This document shows, in pieces, positions 1-15,005 of a stretch of 64,000 bases of DNA. The first letter of the stretch is position 1. Each line of letters begins with the position of its first letter. The DNA comes from Harriotta raleighana (taxonomy: Eukaryota). The DNA lies in NCBI GenBank assembly GCA_050575255.1, contig JBNZDD010013700.1, forward strand, positions 62,001-126,000, in the 5' to 3' direction. The notes below the pieces were generated by a model. That model worked only from the letters and a program-made list of their open reading frames with translations, made no database searches and was not told the DNA's origin. The translations under genes and the position numbers were made by a program.

Positions 1-267
1 AATAATCATTCTCATTTCCTTAATTTACATTTTACATAAAAGGATTGAGACTATTTTGTTATTGGTTCTCTTGAACATGTGTGCCTTGACCTGTTCTGCC
101 ATCCCTACCTCCACAATATTGCCTACTTCAGCCATAACCTCTCCCCTCAGGTAGATCCCCATGCCTGCTTTCATTACTTCTAGGCTTGAGTATCATATCT
201 CCCTGCTTACCAAGCTTCCCAATTATTCCCTCCACAAACTGCAGATTATTCAAAATTCTGCAGCTCA

Positions 268-651
<384 letters not shown>

Positions 652-3600
652 TTAGTTTGCACAATCCCCCAGAAAACAAACCACTTCGCCAGCTTCCACT
701 ACATCCCTCGGCAGTTTATCCTGGGTTCCTGGCCAACAATTTCCATATAAAATTGGTCATTCACTCTATACCTGTTTGTGGGATTTTGCTATGCACGAAT
801 TGGCAGCCACGTTTGCCCACCCAACATGCAGTCACTCCACTTTACAATAAATCCTGTGAAGCCTATTGGGAGGTCTTCTTGACACAAAAGGTGTAGCACC
901 AAATGCAAGGATTATTATCATTACTTGTATCTTATTGAAACCATTTTATTTAAAATCAAACACACTTGAACAAAACAGCATTTGGTAGTACTTCTCAGTT
1001 TGTATTGTTTCCCTAGTGTAATGACTAAATAAATAAAGGGCATTGATTTTTCATTTAATCTTCTCTACAAGTATACTCCACAGTATCAGAACCGTTTGTA
1101 TGAAGAATAGGTGTGTTTTGTTTTAAAAAAAAACTGAATTACGCATTTGCAGTTATGCTTACTGCAAACTAGTAAAGTTCAGAGATTGTTGTGTCTACAA
1201 CAGTATTACTTTCCATTATTCCTCCCATCCACACCTACTAAATTTGGTCACTCAATCCACGACTGTTTGTGGTGCACCGCTGTGTGCAATCGGGTGCTAT
1301 GTTTGGCCCACAAAATACAGTCAATCCACTTTACAATATATTCTGTGAAGCACTTTGTGAAGTCTCAATGATTTGATAAGGTGCTATGTCGTATGCAAGG
1401 CTTATTATTATTACCAGTAGTGAGAATCATCAGTTTTTTGAGGAATTTCAATTATAAGAAGCAGAGAGCGAGAAACCTTCAAATTCATCACATCATTTTC
1501 AAAGCATACTTGACTATTGTCATACATCATTTCCCCTCCAATCCTCTCAGCTCCTATCCATACTTCAGCTGCCCAGCAAGTAATGTCAAGCACTATGACA
1601 TGTCGTCCCAACATGATAAATGTAAATTTAATTAGTGTATAATCAACAGAAATACTTCAGTTAAATATTTGGGGGGTCAATTTCTTTTGAATGATTTAAT
1701 GGTGATCAAAATGAACCAGTCCGCTAATGAGCCATTTCTCAACAAAAAGAAAAATGTGACCATTCCATCTAACACCAACTGAACTTCCAAGCACAGAAAA
1801 TTAAATCATATTATCTTGAGTAAAAACTCCACTGACTGCATTTTATTCCCATTCCAAATTCTAAAAAAAATTCAGGAAAAAAAGAGTAAAATTTGAGAAT
1901 TCAAGTTTTAGTCTTATCTGGTTCCTCTCTCTTTGTTATTGGCTTTCGCTTGTTGTGTGCTTTATTGTTTCACTTCTTCCAGGCTTTTCCCTTTGGTGTA
2001 ATCTCTCTTCTAATCCTTTCAGTTTTTTTTCTAAGGAAGAATGAGCACATGGCTCAGTTCCCTCTTCAATAATTTCCATAATTGATAATCCTCCTCTTGT
2101 TTTGTCTTCTCTCAATGTATAGTTTGCAATTCTTCCTTTGCGCCAACAATCATTCTTTTTTTCTCTCTCCTTCCTCTTTTAAAAATTGTTCATGCACTTT
2201 GTGGCTAGTTGTGGGGCATTGAGCTGTACAGATTACCTCACAAAATACAATCATTGCACTTGTATCCTGTGTAGCTCTTGAAGACATTTTCCCATCATGA
2301 ATCAAGTTATAAATACAAAGATTATTGTCCTCCTCTTAATCTGTTCATACCTCGGTGGACCTTCCCTGCTTTGTTCATAATCACCATATAATTTCCTTCC
2401 TAACATATCTATCGTGGAATGAACACAAAGAGAAGCGCTTTGAGACTTCTAGAAGATGTGAAAAGAGCTATATCAAATGCAAGGATTATTATTATTATCT
2501 ACCCATTTTATACTGGTCTCATTTACAGAGGCAGAAGTTAGTGCACAAATATCAAACATCAGCAAGAGGTTATGGATTGCCGTCTCGAACAGCGTAAGGC
2601 CAGAATCCAACACAGTTCAGAACAGCTCCCTCCTAGTGATTCCATGTACAATGCTAACATCAGCTACTCCCTGGTGGTCCCTCAGCCCTTTCACCTCATG
2701 AAGAGAACAGGAGCCCAATAAGAACTAAATGAATGGACACAACGAGACGTAAATACTCCTTTTTGTGACATATCTCCCCATTTCTCCATTTTAGATAACA
2801 CAACGTGCTTCTCCTTTTGTTAAATATCCTTGTTTTAAACCCATTATATTTGGCTGAGTCAACGTCTCCCATTTCAAGTCTGATTCTCTGCCAAACCACT
2901 CGAAGAACTGAGGTTGAGCTGGCACACTTCAGACTGGCAAGGGCCCAATCCAGATGGTGGGATTATTTATTACCAGGTGAATATTGCTGAACAATCAACC
3001 AGTAGAGGGCTCCCATGAGTTGGGTGACTCCAGATGGATCCCAGATCATTCTGGTATGTCAAATTGCATAGAAATTCAAGTTACTGGAATAAAGCACACT
3101 CATTCTGCATCATCAAACTAGCTCAAAAAGAAAATATGCCTGAAGTGGCAGATTTTCACAAGGCTATAAATGATCTGAAAAAAGTTATAAACATTGAAAT
3201 GTGATATGTATTATTTATATATTAGATATATGCACGCAAGGACACACACACACACATAATCTTTTCACTATGTTATACATATTTAAATAAAAATAATAAT
3301 CACTGTACAGTACTTGATACAGCACCGTTGAGATGTGTCAAAGTGCTTAATGTAAAATGGAGTGACTGTGTTTTGTGGGTGAAATGCAACACCTAATTTA
3401 AGCACAAAATAATTGTTAAATTATTTTAAATTATTATTAATCCTTTAGAACAAAAAGCAATGTCCCACAAAAAGCCACAGAGTAAGAGAAAGAAAGAGGA
3501 AACGCATTTAAGTGGTTGAACTACACTGCAGAACTGTAATTAGTGCTCGAATACACTGTACAATATGCCATACAAATAGCAATATATTGTAACAACTCTA

Positions 3601-4278
3601 TTTTAAAAACAAATATGTTCTTTTTTTTAAAAAAAATTAAGCATTCACAGTAGAGACCAACCCATAAATCATAACTTCAGCAGTTTCATATTCAGGCCTT
3701 GCCTGGGCAGTAAGAGAAATAGGAATTTTTAACAGCATCTCTATCAATTCTATTGACTTGCTCTTTCTTCAACTCCTGTACTGATGCCAGGCTTTCGGAT
3801 TCAATACCTCCAAACAGTTGATCTCAATGAGACATTATTATAACATGTCTGAAATATATAAATTATACACTGTATCGAGCGTCCCCAGGTTAAAATACTT
3901 AAAAGGTTGATATCCTCTCTAATCAAACAGAAACTTTGTATCAGCTATCGAGAGCAACCCTACTTGTTCATAAAATAATCTGAACTCATTCACTTTTGCA
4001 CCAAAAATGTATCTATACTACACAACACAAATGTAATTTTGTATCTCTTCTATTGGAGACAGTGATTCTCTCCTTAACCCAGACGTCGTCACAGGTGTCA
4101 GTTTGACAAGAATCCTGAAAATGGTCAGAATACTGATTTTTTTGTTATAATTTAAAATTATTATTATTATTCCTTCATAACAAAAACAGGGTACTGTACA
4201 GTATACACCTCATTGTGTGGAACAGACTCACGAGATCTCCGGGTGACACAATGTACTTTCAGAGTGGAGCTCTCACAG

Positions 4279-4302
4279 GGAGTGAGTGAGTGAGTGAGTG
4301 TG
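4279..4302. repeat. (GAGT)n microsatellite
   Basis: About five GAGT units read directly. Confidence 0.8.
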
Positions 4303-4980
4303 ATTTACTTCCAACCACTGGATGGAGTCCCAATTTATTTCCTTGTTAAGTAATCCAGTGAGANTTCCCTACACATTTGGCTCTCAACAGCAAAACAGCT
4401 ATAGAATACAAAGCATAACACTTCCTTTTAAATCCTGAGTTTTATGAAAGTCCTAATAGCTCCAAAATAACAACAACTTGTATTTATAATTCGCTTCATG
4501 CTGGATGAAGAATAGTGTCTTGAAATGTTTTAAACTTAAGCGGTCAGTCCGAGACCCTGCCCGCATGAAAGGTGTTAAATAAAATGCAAATTGTTTAAAT
4601 AGTAGGGCAGGTGCTGAGCTGGCGGGAAAGACTTGAACATGGATCAGAGGGAGAGAGAAACTAAGCAGTCACACTCCACAGAAAGAACTGTTGGGAAAAT
4701 AATCTGTTCTCTCCTGCCTTGCACACTTTACACCTTTTTAATGAGTAGGCTCCGGTATTTAAAGGATTGACACTGCTCCTTTTTTAAATATATTATACAC
4801 ACACACACTTAGAAGAATTTAGGCAATGATTTGGAATATTTGTTTGTCTATTCCGAAACACAAAATCTCCTGGACACCTGCGTCCAAACATCACAGTGTC
4901 CAAGTCACACAACCATGGCTTGCTGTTAAAACATGCCTTTTTTTTCAAATCAGAATACAATTTAAAATAAGGTCACTTGC

Positions 4981-5060
4981 CTGGAGCTGCTGCTTTCACT
5001 GTGCCAGGCTTCCACCTCCTCATCTGAAGTTGCACCATTGACAACATGCACTTCAACCTC
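4981..5060 (-). CDS. PHIP: PHIP exon: EVEVHVVNGATSDEEVEAWHSESSSS(S), with a GC splice donor
   Basis: 80 nt, gtacag| acceptor, donor AG|GCAAGT, phase 0-2. Homologous to human [26 protein letters not shown] and keeps frame with both neighbours. Confidence 0.85.
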
Positions 5061-5336
5061 CTGTACATTGAAATTCAATTAATCAAAGGTACACATTATA
5101 TACACCTACAATGCACAAAATATAGTATTCAAACAATTAGGATGCTGATGTCAAACAATATTTACTTTCAGCCAGTGCAGTTCATCAATTTAAAACACAA
5201 TAAGTTAATACAGTAGAACTCATAGTGGCAGAATACCCCAACTAAAAGCTAAAGAAGTGCTGTCAATGAGATGCGCTGTTTTGCTTACATAATAAAAACA
5301 CCATCATCCGTGTCACATCAGTGTCTAACCATTGAA

Positions 5337-5692
5337 TCCTGCAGCTCAGTAGTTGGAGAACTTGTCTCGCAAGCGAGAGAACTGGGTTTGATTTTCGGCA
5401 GGGTAAAACCTTTGCCAAGTCTCCTTACCCAACATGCCTGTTTACCAAGCATTAAGTAGGAACCCGGTTGTTAGTCGATTGGTGGATTGTTTTTCTGGGG
5501 TTAATAATTCTTTTAAAAATATATAATTGGTCACTTTAATCCATGACTGTTTGTGGGACACTGCTGTGCGCAACTGGCTGCCGCGTTTCTCCCACAAAAT
5601 AAACAGTCAATTCTCTTTGATAGTATATTCTGTGAAGCGCTTTCAGACATCTCACAGACATGATAAGGTGCAATCTACAGATTATTATTATT
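5337..5692 (+). mobile_element. tRNA-derived SINE, near full length
   Basis: A-box-like GCAGCTCAGTAGTTGGAGAAC, B-box-like GGTTTGATT, shared body GACTGTTTGTGGGACACTGCTGTGCGCAA, (ATT)n tail. Confidence 0.85.
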
Positions 5693-6838
5693 TTAACAGT
5701 AATAGAACAGAGATTATTACTTCACAAATGTCTCCTCGCAGAAAACCGTACAGTTCTAGGATACAAAGAGAGTCCCAATAATGAGCATCAGAGGTGAATG
5801 ACCTCCACTGCAGTTATACCTTTCATAACTCATTGTGATTGCACAGAAAATCATGGGTCTCTGATCAGCATCAATTGCCCTCTCGTTTTGACAGATATAT
5901 GCTTAAAAAAGCAATTTAATAGTGCATGGTTGGCAAGCTGGTGCTTCTACTGCATTACTTTATATAAAAAATGAAATTATTGCGTAGTAGTCAAACAATA
6001 TAGATATTCTTACATTAATTGCTTCAATTCACTTTCAGATGTCCCAAGGCAACAGAACAAGTGGATGCAGGTTTAGAGTTGCAAAGAGTAATTTCAGAAC
6101 AGATACCAGGATATATATCTTTACCCAATAGATCATTATTATTCATTATTATTATTCACAATGATAACCAGGTTACCAGAAAGGCTGGTTAAAGCCAACA
6201 CTCCTGCTCCTTTTTAAAAAAAAGTTTAATGCTGTAATAAGAACACAGTGGGTATTGTGAAGGAATGAGACCACATGAACCCAAAAGCTTTCTTTAGCTG
6301 AACCTCGCGTTTAATTAAATCCAAAGTTTTCCATTTTCAAACCTTGTTTTTGAACCAATCTTCCTCTTCATCGAGTTTAACATAAAATATGCGTAGATGC
6401 TAGTTCCACAAACAGCCATGAAGTAAATGGCTAATTTAATATGGGTGATTATTGGATTTTTACAGCAATCAAATTTGAGCGGTGAGTTAGTCAGTGTGAA
6501 AAAGATTCTGGGATTTTAGAATGCTGCATTCGCAAATGAACCTGACATTTGATGAGTGATGATCACTCAATAGTTTGCTTTTAATCCAATTGTAAATGAC
6601 TGATTTACAATTACACTGGATTAAAATTCAATTGATCAAGATTTAGACACATTAAATCTGCACTGTCTCACTTCCAGATATACAGGAAGGAAGCAATCAG
6701 TGCATTGCTTTTGTAAATTATTCTGTGTGGGAAAAACAAGAAGACATTTTACCAGAAAAACACGCTTTAACTAAAGAGTTTTGATTCCTGCACAAACATT
6801 TTTTTTCAAATGCTCTGCAAAATTCTACCAAAACACAC

Positions 6839-6979
6839 CTCCGAAGAGCTGTTGTTTTCCACTTGTTGGGAACTTCTGTTGGTATCATCCATTGCAGATC
6901 GAGTACGATAATTGTGTATATTCTGTCGATTTGGTTTTCTCACTTCTCCATTTTCTTGCAATCTTTCATGGGCATGATT
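6839..6979 (-). CDS. PHIP: PHIP exon: NHAHERLQENGEVRKPNRQNIHNYRTRSAMDDTNRSSQQVENNSSSE
   Basis: 141 nt, tcttag| acceptor, |GTGTGT donor (weak), phase 0-0. NHAHE and HNYRTRSA motifs as in PHIP. Confidence 0.87.
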
Positions 6980-7089
6980 CTAAGAAGGATACAGTGAGAA
7001 AGGAAGTTAGAAAGGTCAAATATTGGGGAGAGGAGCGGGGAGGTAAACACCACTACTGCATGCATTGTCTGGGAAAGCGCAAACTTTTC

Positions 7090-7463
7090 AAACCCCGTTT
7101 ATCCAGCATGTCGGGTAGGGATCGACTAATTGACTGTGCTGGATAATCAGATGGCAAGTTGCCAAAAACTCAATATAATTTTTTTTATTTATTTTAATGC
7201 CTTTTTTACCGATCGGTAAAAAACCCAAGTTCGGAAGTTTAATAAGTGCGCNGGATGGCAAGTTGCCAAAAACTCAATATAATTTTTTAATTTATTTTAA
7301 TGCCTTTTTTACTGATCGGTAAAAAACCCAAGTTCGGAAGTTTAATAAGTGCGCATGCGCACGCATTGCACAAGTAAACTCGCGATTGCTGGAATGGGGA
7401 ATTGCCCCGGGAGGGGATCGAGCTATCCGGTTGTCCGGGTCATGGATAAACAAGATTTTACTG
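7090..7463. mobile_element. MITE related to family A, left end degraded
   Basis: Ends GGATAAACAAGATTTTACTG+TA and shares internal TTCGGAAGTTTAATAAGTGCGCATGCGCACGCATTGCA with 8561-9021. Confidence 0.7.
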
Positions 7464-7698
7464 TATAGAGAACAGATTATGTTACATTTTCTGAAAAGGG
7501 AAAATTGTTGCTTTTTTTATGATGCAACAGATACCTCCGCCATCTCCAAATGATACAAGTCTATAGTGGGAGTACAAAGTAAGGCTGAAATCATGTTAAG
7601 AACTCAAAAAAGGTGGAGAAACAGTTATATCCTTGGCATTCAATATCAATTATCCCAATTAACTCAGATGGTGAATATAGCTAATGGTATTTGTTTAC

Positions 7699-7801
7699 CT
7701 TGTTTTCACGCTGGACTTGACTTGGTGATTTCTTTTTCTTCTCAAATTTGTGAGTGTTTACCTCTTCTTCCCCTTTGGCTGTTCTGCATTCTTCCTGCTT
7801 A
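7699..7801 (-). CDS. PHIP: PHIP exon: KQEECRTAKGEEEVNTHKFEKKKKSPSQVQRENK
   Basis: 103 nt, ttacag| acceptor, |GTAAAC donor, phase 2-0. Resembles human RQEEWRTAKGEEE. Confidence 0.88.
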
Positions 7802-8560
7802 CTGTAATATCAGAAGAGTATCAATGAATTTCACAAACCCACCAGAGACTGTTTAGATGGTACATGCACACGTAAACAAAATAAAAGCAATTCAACACTA
7901 TATTTTGAGAATCACCATAGCAGCAAGACAAAAGGTAAAACCTTAAAGTTGTGAAAGGTAATTCAGAGGACAGACACGAGACAAGACATTGCTTGAAACA
8001 GAGGAAAATCAGCAACAGTTGTGATCAGGACACAGGATTAATTTAGGAAGCAGCTTACTGTTAGGTTTGTATTTTTGAACCTTAAATGCACTGAAAGGCC
8101 TCGCAGTGGGATAATGCAAGTCTTAAATTGAGAAGCACATTAAGGACTAAAAGCTTTCTCTACTTTACAGCAGACATAGCTTTCTCAAAGCATAATTTAA
8201 AAAACTGGAAGGCAATNCTTACACTCAATAGCTTTCTCAAAGCATAATTTAAAAAACTGGAAGGCAATATATCTTGGAAAACCAACTATTCTGGCTATTG
8301 GATGGTGTGAAAGGCCAATCGAATGTCAGTAATTGGCACTCAATCTAACACCTGGTGGATACAGATTAACAGTGAAAATTCATGCTTTTTGGGGTTAAAA
8401 AATGTTCCTTTTAGAAAATCTTGTTCAGGGAAGGCAAAGAATGAAGGATACTAATTGTGGAATTGGAGTTGAGACACATTGTCAAGGTACGATTCGGTAT
8501 TCTATTTAAGTTTAGTCCACTTTGTCATTTAACCTAAGATCATTTCATCAGAGCTAAGTA

Positions 8561-9021
8561 CAGTAAAAGCTTGTTTATTCGGCACTCTCGGGACCTGCCC
8601 GGTACTGGTTAATCACATGTGCCGGATATTCGAGTGGCAAGCTGCCGAAAATCCTACACAAAATTTTTGCTTATTTTAAAACATATCATATTAATAATAG
8701 ACTAAATAATAACAGAATATTGTATGGATACTTACCAATAAAGCATTCCAGCACACTCGGTAAAATGATCGGGAAATAAAAATTCCAGCGTTCGGTAAGT
8801 TTAATAAGTGCACATGCGCACGCATTGCACTCATGCGCAAAGTGAGCATACTCGTGAGTGTCCTGGATGGCTCCGGTATGAAATCCGTTTGCTGGAATGG
8901 TACATTCTTTGGGAGATACCGGTCGGGGTTGAGCGTTCCGATTGGTNACATTGTATTGGGAGATACCGGTCGGGGTTGAGCGTTCCGATTGGTTGGGTAC
9001 CACATAAACAAGCTTTTACTG
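8561..9021. mobile_element. Non-autonomous Tc1/mariner (pogo/Tigger-like) MITE, family A
   Basis: TIR CAGTAAAAGCTTGTTTAT / ATAAACAAGCTTTTACTG, TA on both sides, no transposase ORF. Confidence 0.88.
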
Positions 9022-9521
9022 TACATTAGTTAAATATCTATTTTCTCCAAGATCTACAAAATAGTCAATGCACTTTGCAGTACATCCTGTCGAATCTTTT
9101 TCGATGTCCTTAGGATGTTAAGGATATTATATTAAATGAAAAGTTTTTTAAAATTTAACTACTAGCCATTGTACTAAAGATACATAAAATGAACTAGATA
9201 GAAAGCTGATGTACTGATCATAGACCAAAAAACATTCACAACCACAGATTGCCCCACAGAAAAAGGAAATAGACATGCTGAATTTTTTTTTGTGTGCTAC
9301 AAAATCATTAATCCTCCCCTTGAAGAAATGAATGTAAATTTGGGTTAATGAAAAAGTACAAAGCTTTGGGCACACCTTTATCATCACTGAATTAATATAT
9401 AACAACGATACCCCCTCCAGGAGAGAATATTTCTGTTTCACAGATAAATTGAATTTCAACCCAGAGAACAAGCTTCATGATGAACATAAGGCCCACTATA
9501 ATTATTTGAGAGATGATCTCA

Positions 9522-9779
<258 letters not shown>

Positions 9780-10879
9780 TTATATCGCACAATCACACAG
9801 GGTAGTGTCTTGGAGAGCTCAACAGTGGCAAACACCTCAAACTAAACACCGCGAACATATTTTCTTGAACCCAAAGCTCAGCATTCAAGTATCATAAACA
9901 CTGAATAAACAGTGGAAAATAAATAATGGATAATTCTCAGCTACAGTGACACCTTGAGAACGTAAGATCAAGTTAAGGGAATCAGTCATCGAGCACATTG
10001 AGCTTGTTCCACCAGTTTATCAGATAATTCCAAAGTTCAACCATTTGCCATACCCATTGAAACCTCTCCTCGTTACTTGAAAAAAAATCCAAATTTCTCA
10101 CTCCAACTGAAATAAGGTTAACTAGTTGTCAACTAGACACTAGATGGAGCACTTTGTGAAGCATTCCAACTGGAATTTGGACCAGGGTTGCAGGGGAGGG
10201 GTGAGAGGAAAAGCAAAGATAACTTGGGTAAATTAAAGATAATGATCAGAAACTTTTCTCTGCATCTGAACAAACAGTTTTGCTGGAAGTCATTGATGGA
10301 ACATATTCAAAAGTGGATAGTCTTTGGAAATAAATAGAAAAATGCCAATATGTTGTGCTGTTTGGGGCATATGTCTGTTGGTCAGTAAATTAATTGACTT
10401 TGATATAAGGAACAATAACAACCCACACTATATAGCGCCCTCCACCGCGTATCAAGAGCGCTTAGAATATGTTGTTAAATTTAAAAATTTGCTCACAGTG
10501 TCAATAAGGCACCAGCAGAATTTCATGCCCCTTAAGTCATAGGATGCAAAAGGTTGGTACTATTTTAGTGGTCGTGCTTTTATAAATAAAAGTGCAGCCG
10601 CAGTGAAGTATTCTGGTTATTTGACGTTGTGGAGCAGACGAGCCATTCCTTACTGACTTCAGATTAGTCATTATTTGGGTAGAATAGAATGATCAATCTT
10701 TGGGTACAGTAGAACGTTGCCTACCCAGACAAACCAACTGTTCCCATATATACTAATAAATAGTGTTCCAGTACATATGGGTAATCAGCAGAGTCACATA
10801 TCATGTACCTTATGCTACTTTTCCTGCCTTTTTAAAAAAAACTGAATTTATCGATCGGGTTGATATTAAATGATCCTAC

Positions 10880-11014
10880 CTATTCTCCCTGTGTTCAAGG
10901 TGTCGTTGGTACCTGCATGCAGTCTCTGATCTTGCTCCTGCTGAAGTCGCTGAATTATATTGTCTAATGGACTGACTTCATGGTTTGCTTGCTGGCTAAG
11001 TACCTGGTTTAAAC
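10880..11014 (-). CDS. PHIP: PHIP exon: [44 protein letters not shown](G)
   Basis: 135 nt, ctgcag| acceptor, |GTAGGA donor, phase 1-1. [10 protein letters not shown] is characteristic of PHIP as recalled. Confidence 0.9.
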
Positions 11015-11600
11015 CTGCAGAGATGGGTACACAAAACAGGTAAAGAAAATAAGGTCAGTAACAACAGGCATTTGCATGATATAGGACCCTTCATCTCACT
11101 AACATCTCAGAGCCTTGAAAAGAAGATAAGAGTTGTACTGATAAAAAGAAGAAACTAATATTAAGAATAAATTCAATGTTGGCTAGTATGGGAACTAAGT
11201 GGTCCATTGTACTTTTAATAAACACCAGCATTTCAAAGAGTCTCAAACTATTAGAATTGATAGTAACAGTCAGTGGGCACAATATTGACCACACTCAACA
11301 TAAACATGATTTGCATGTGTTTCAACACATATGTATCCCAGGCGGGTCTGTGCCCCAGATGTTCCTATCAACACCAAACAGTTGGAAAGCCTCAAGTATG
11401 TTCATCTGTACTGATAAATTTCTGAATTGAAACAAGTTTGGTGAATGAAACTAATGGCTAAACAATTGCTGTGATGTCAAGTTTGTGATTTTTAGACACA
11501 TCGAGAACTTGAACGTACAATGTTTCCTAGTCACATCTATGAGGGGGAGGGGGATGGGAAAGGTCGCAACCAAAAATTCAGAGCTATTGTCAATCAATCA

Positions 11601-12017
<417 letters not shown>

Positions 12018-12819
12018 TCAAAATAAGTTCCAATTTTACTCAGAAATTAGTACACATTTATCTGTGCACCAGTTCTGTAAATGAACAAGCAGACACAATG
12101 ACAAACCTAAATAAATATTTCAATACTTTTTTTTCTTTGGTGTGTTTTCTGCTGATTAAGGCGAGGTTGTCAGCATTGAGAAATGAGACTTACACTTCTC
12201 ATGTTGGGCCATCTCTTATCACACATTCAGATACACATAGTCAGAGAGAGATTCAACCTGTCCTACTTTACTCAAACTGCAGGATCATAATCTCTGAATA
12301 AGAGATTGAATAACATTGAATAAACTCACTCAATGGCCTCATTGAAAGTCTTAAGAAATTTAGTAACATGTCAAGAAGTAGTTTTGTAGTCTGCTCTCTA
12401 ATAACTACAGAAGTAACAGATAGACTTACATTTCATTAACCTGTATAAAACATTTACTTTCTAACTGAATCAATTATATTTTGTAAAGAGCTTCGAGGCA
12501 TTAATTTTATGTGAAAAGCGTTATGTGAATGGATCTCATTATTACTAAGAATTTATGCCACGTTTGAGCCCACGATATAACCCAGTCCAGTTACACTTTG
12601 TCCAGCCCAAAAAAAATGATCCCAGAGAGAGGAAGATTATTCTGTTCAACACTATCCATCATCTAATCTGGATAAACTCTTGGAAAAAAAATTTGGGGCA
12701 TTAAAATATTTGCTGGCAATTTACTAACTAATCTCACAGGATGAGACCACTGAACTGGTCCCCCAAGGAAAACAGTTCAAACAATTTGATGCCGAACATC
12801 CTCATTGCCAGTATACTTT

Positions 12820-13092
12820 GCACATTGTTACCCTAGCAATAAGTAGGAATGCGGTTGTTAGTCGATTGGGGGATAGCTATTCCGGGGGTAGTAATTGCTT
12901 CAAAAAATAATAATAATAAATTGGTCACTCAATCCACAACTGTTTGTGGAACACTGCTGTGTGCAATTGGCCGCTGGGTTTCGCCCACAAAATATAGAGT
13001 CAATTCACTTTACAGTACACTGTGAAGCCCTTTGAGACGACTTGAAGACATGATAAGGCACTAAATGAAATGCATGGTTTATTATTATTATT
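12820..13092 (+). mobile_element. tRNA-derived SINE, 5' truncated
   Basis: Body and tail match the 15615 copy. Further partial copies at about 750-920, 1240-1412, 27140-27245, 30855-31010, 39715-39885, 61440-61590 (+) and 27848-27945, 32750-32880, 46440-46610, 58967-59140 (-). Confidence 0.8.
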
Positions 13093-14401
13093 GATTGAGA
13101 TGTTTGTTTGCTGTATATTTAATGGGGTGGGAAAAGGGGCAGAGCGATGAAAGAATTGGTTCTATACAACTGCCCTGCACACAACTGCATCACTGTTGGA
13201 GAGGTCCCTGGACAGAGGTTAGCCATCAACTTCCTTCCTGTGAAAGGTTGGAGAGCATAAGGGGGCAATAATATCAGATGATGGGGGGGGAGGGGGGGAG
13301 AGAGAAGGGACCTTCATTGGGTCACTTTGTCTACAGGCCTGCTTAGAATGGCATTGGTGATTGCATAGAAGTAATCCGCATCGTTCACCTGTTATTATAA
13401 TGGACATGACAACAACAACTTGCATTCATATAGTGTCCTTTCATACAGGATAGCATCTTGGAGCACTTAACAAGTGTGCATAGAAATGGGAAAAAAGAGG
13501 AAAGGAATGAAATATTTATTTGTCCTAACTCTGGGCTTTAATTGTTAATTTACCTTAGCTCAGCTATAATTTCTAATTGTTCACATGCTGATGGCATGTA
13601 AATAAATAGCTAGTAGGATTGAGAAATAGATTGTAAAAATAATCAATTTGTAAACTTATTTTCTGCTTCAAATGGCTGAAACTGTAGGCAAACCTCACTG
13701 ATACTGTCCCAGTTTTCCGTCCAGAATTTAATTTAGTCATTTGTTTCAATATATTCCTCCAAAACTTGAGAAAATGGATATGATCCTCAGAAATTATGCT
13801 AAACATCATAATCAAAAGTCATTTAAAAGTGATTGCCAGTCTTTGAAAATACTCCATTACAGCAGTATGAAAAACAAGCATTTATATCCAGTTTAGAAAT
13901 TGTGGAATTCAGGATTGTATTAAAAATAATCACTACTTATTTTAAATCTGCACATTAACATTCTCAAAATTCAAAAATATTTCCTGCAAACTTGGGAATC
14001 ACACCAAATGTAACGCACTGGCCCCAAAGCTAATTTTATTCAACAATTATGTATCACATGATGAATATCTAACCTGCAAAATTCTCACCCTTTCATCCCA
14101 ATCAATTCTGCAAGGAGAAAAACATGGGAGCCTTCACATTGCCTGTAATTTCCATGGGAATCACGTACTAATGTCTATTATTCTACACAGACCACCCATG
14201 AAATCAATCCTCCAATGTAGGAGAACTGAACACTCAGAATAGATGACCCTGAGAATACTAGCTGAATACATCTTATTTTGGATATACTGAAATACTATTT
14301 CAGCCTTCAAAATAATAATAAGTACATACAAGAGTGTTAATCATTCAAAAAACAAGATGATCTTGTGATTAGCAGAATGGCAGCAAGACCTATCAGTTTC
14401 A

Positions 14402-14743
<342 letters not shown>

Positions 14744-15005
14744 TTAAATACTTACTCACAAACACACAAATCTAATGTAAAATTCAAAGCTCAATTGAAT
14801 ATTTATATTTTATTCCCCAGAGGTTAGGAAATCATTTGTCTCTGCACTGAACTGATACCAAATAGAGTTCATGACAGGGTCATTGTCAATAAAAATGATA
14901 AATGATTACACCCTGTAAACGAGGAAAACTGATTATATTTGTGTGGATTAGAATACAGTCATTGCTGAGCTTGTACACAGGCTTTATTGGAAACATGCAA
15001 AACAC

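Noticed and set aside
7150-8990. Short direct duplications flanking single Ns at 7252, 8217 and 8947
   Set aside because: Each N separates near-identical overlapping ends, a scaffolding artefact pattern.
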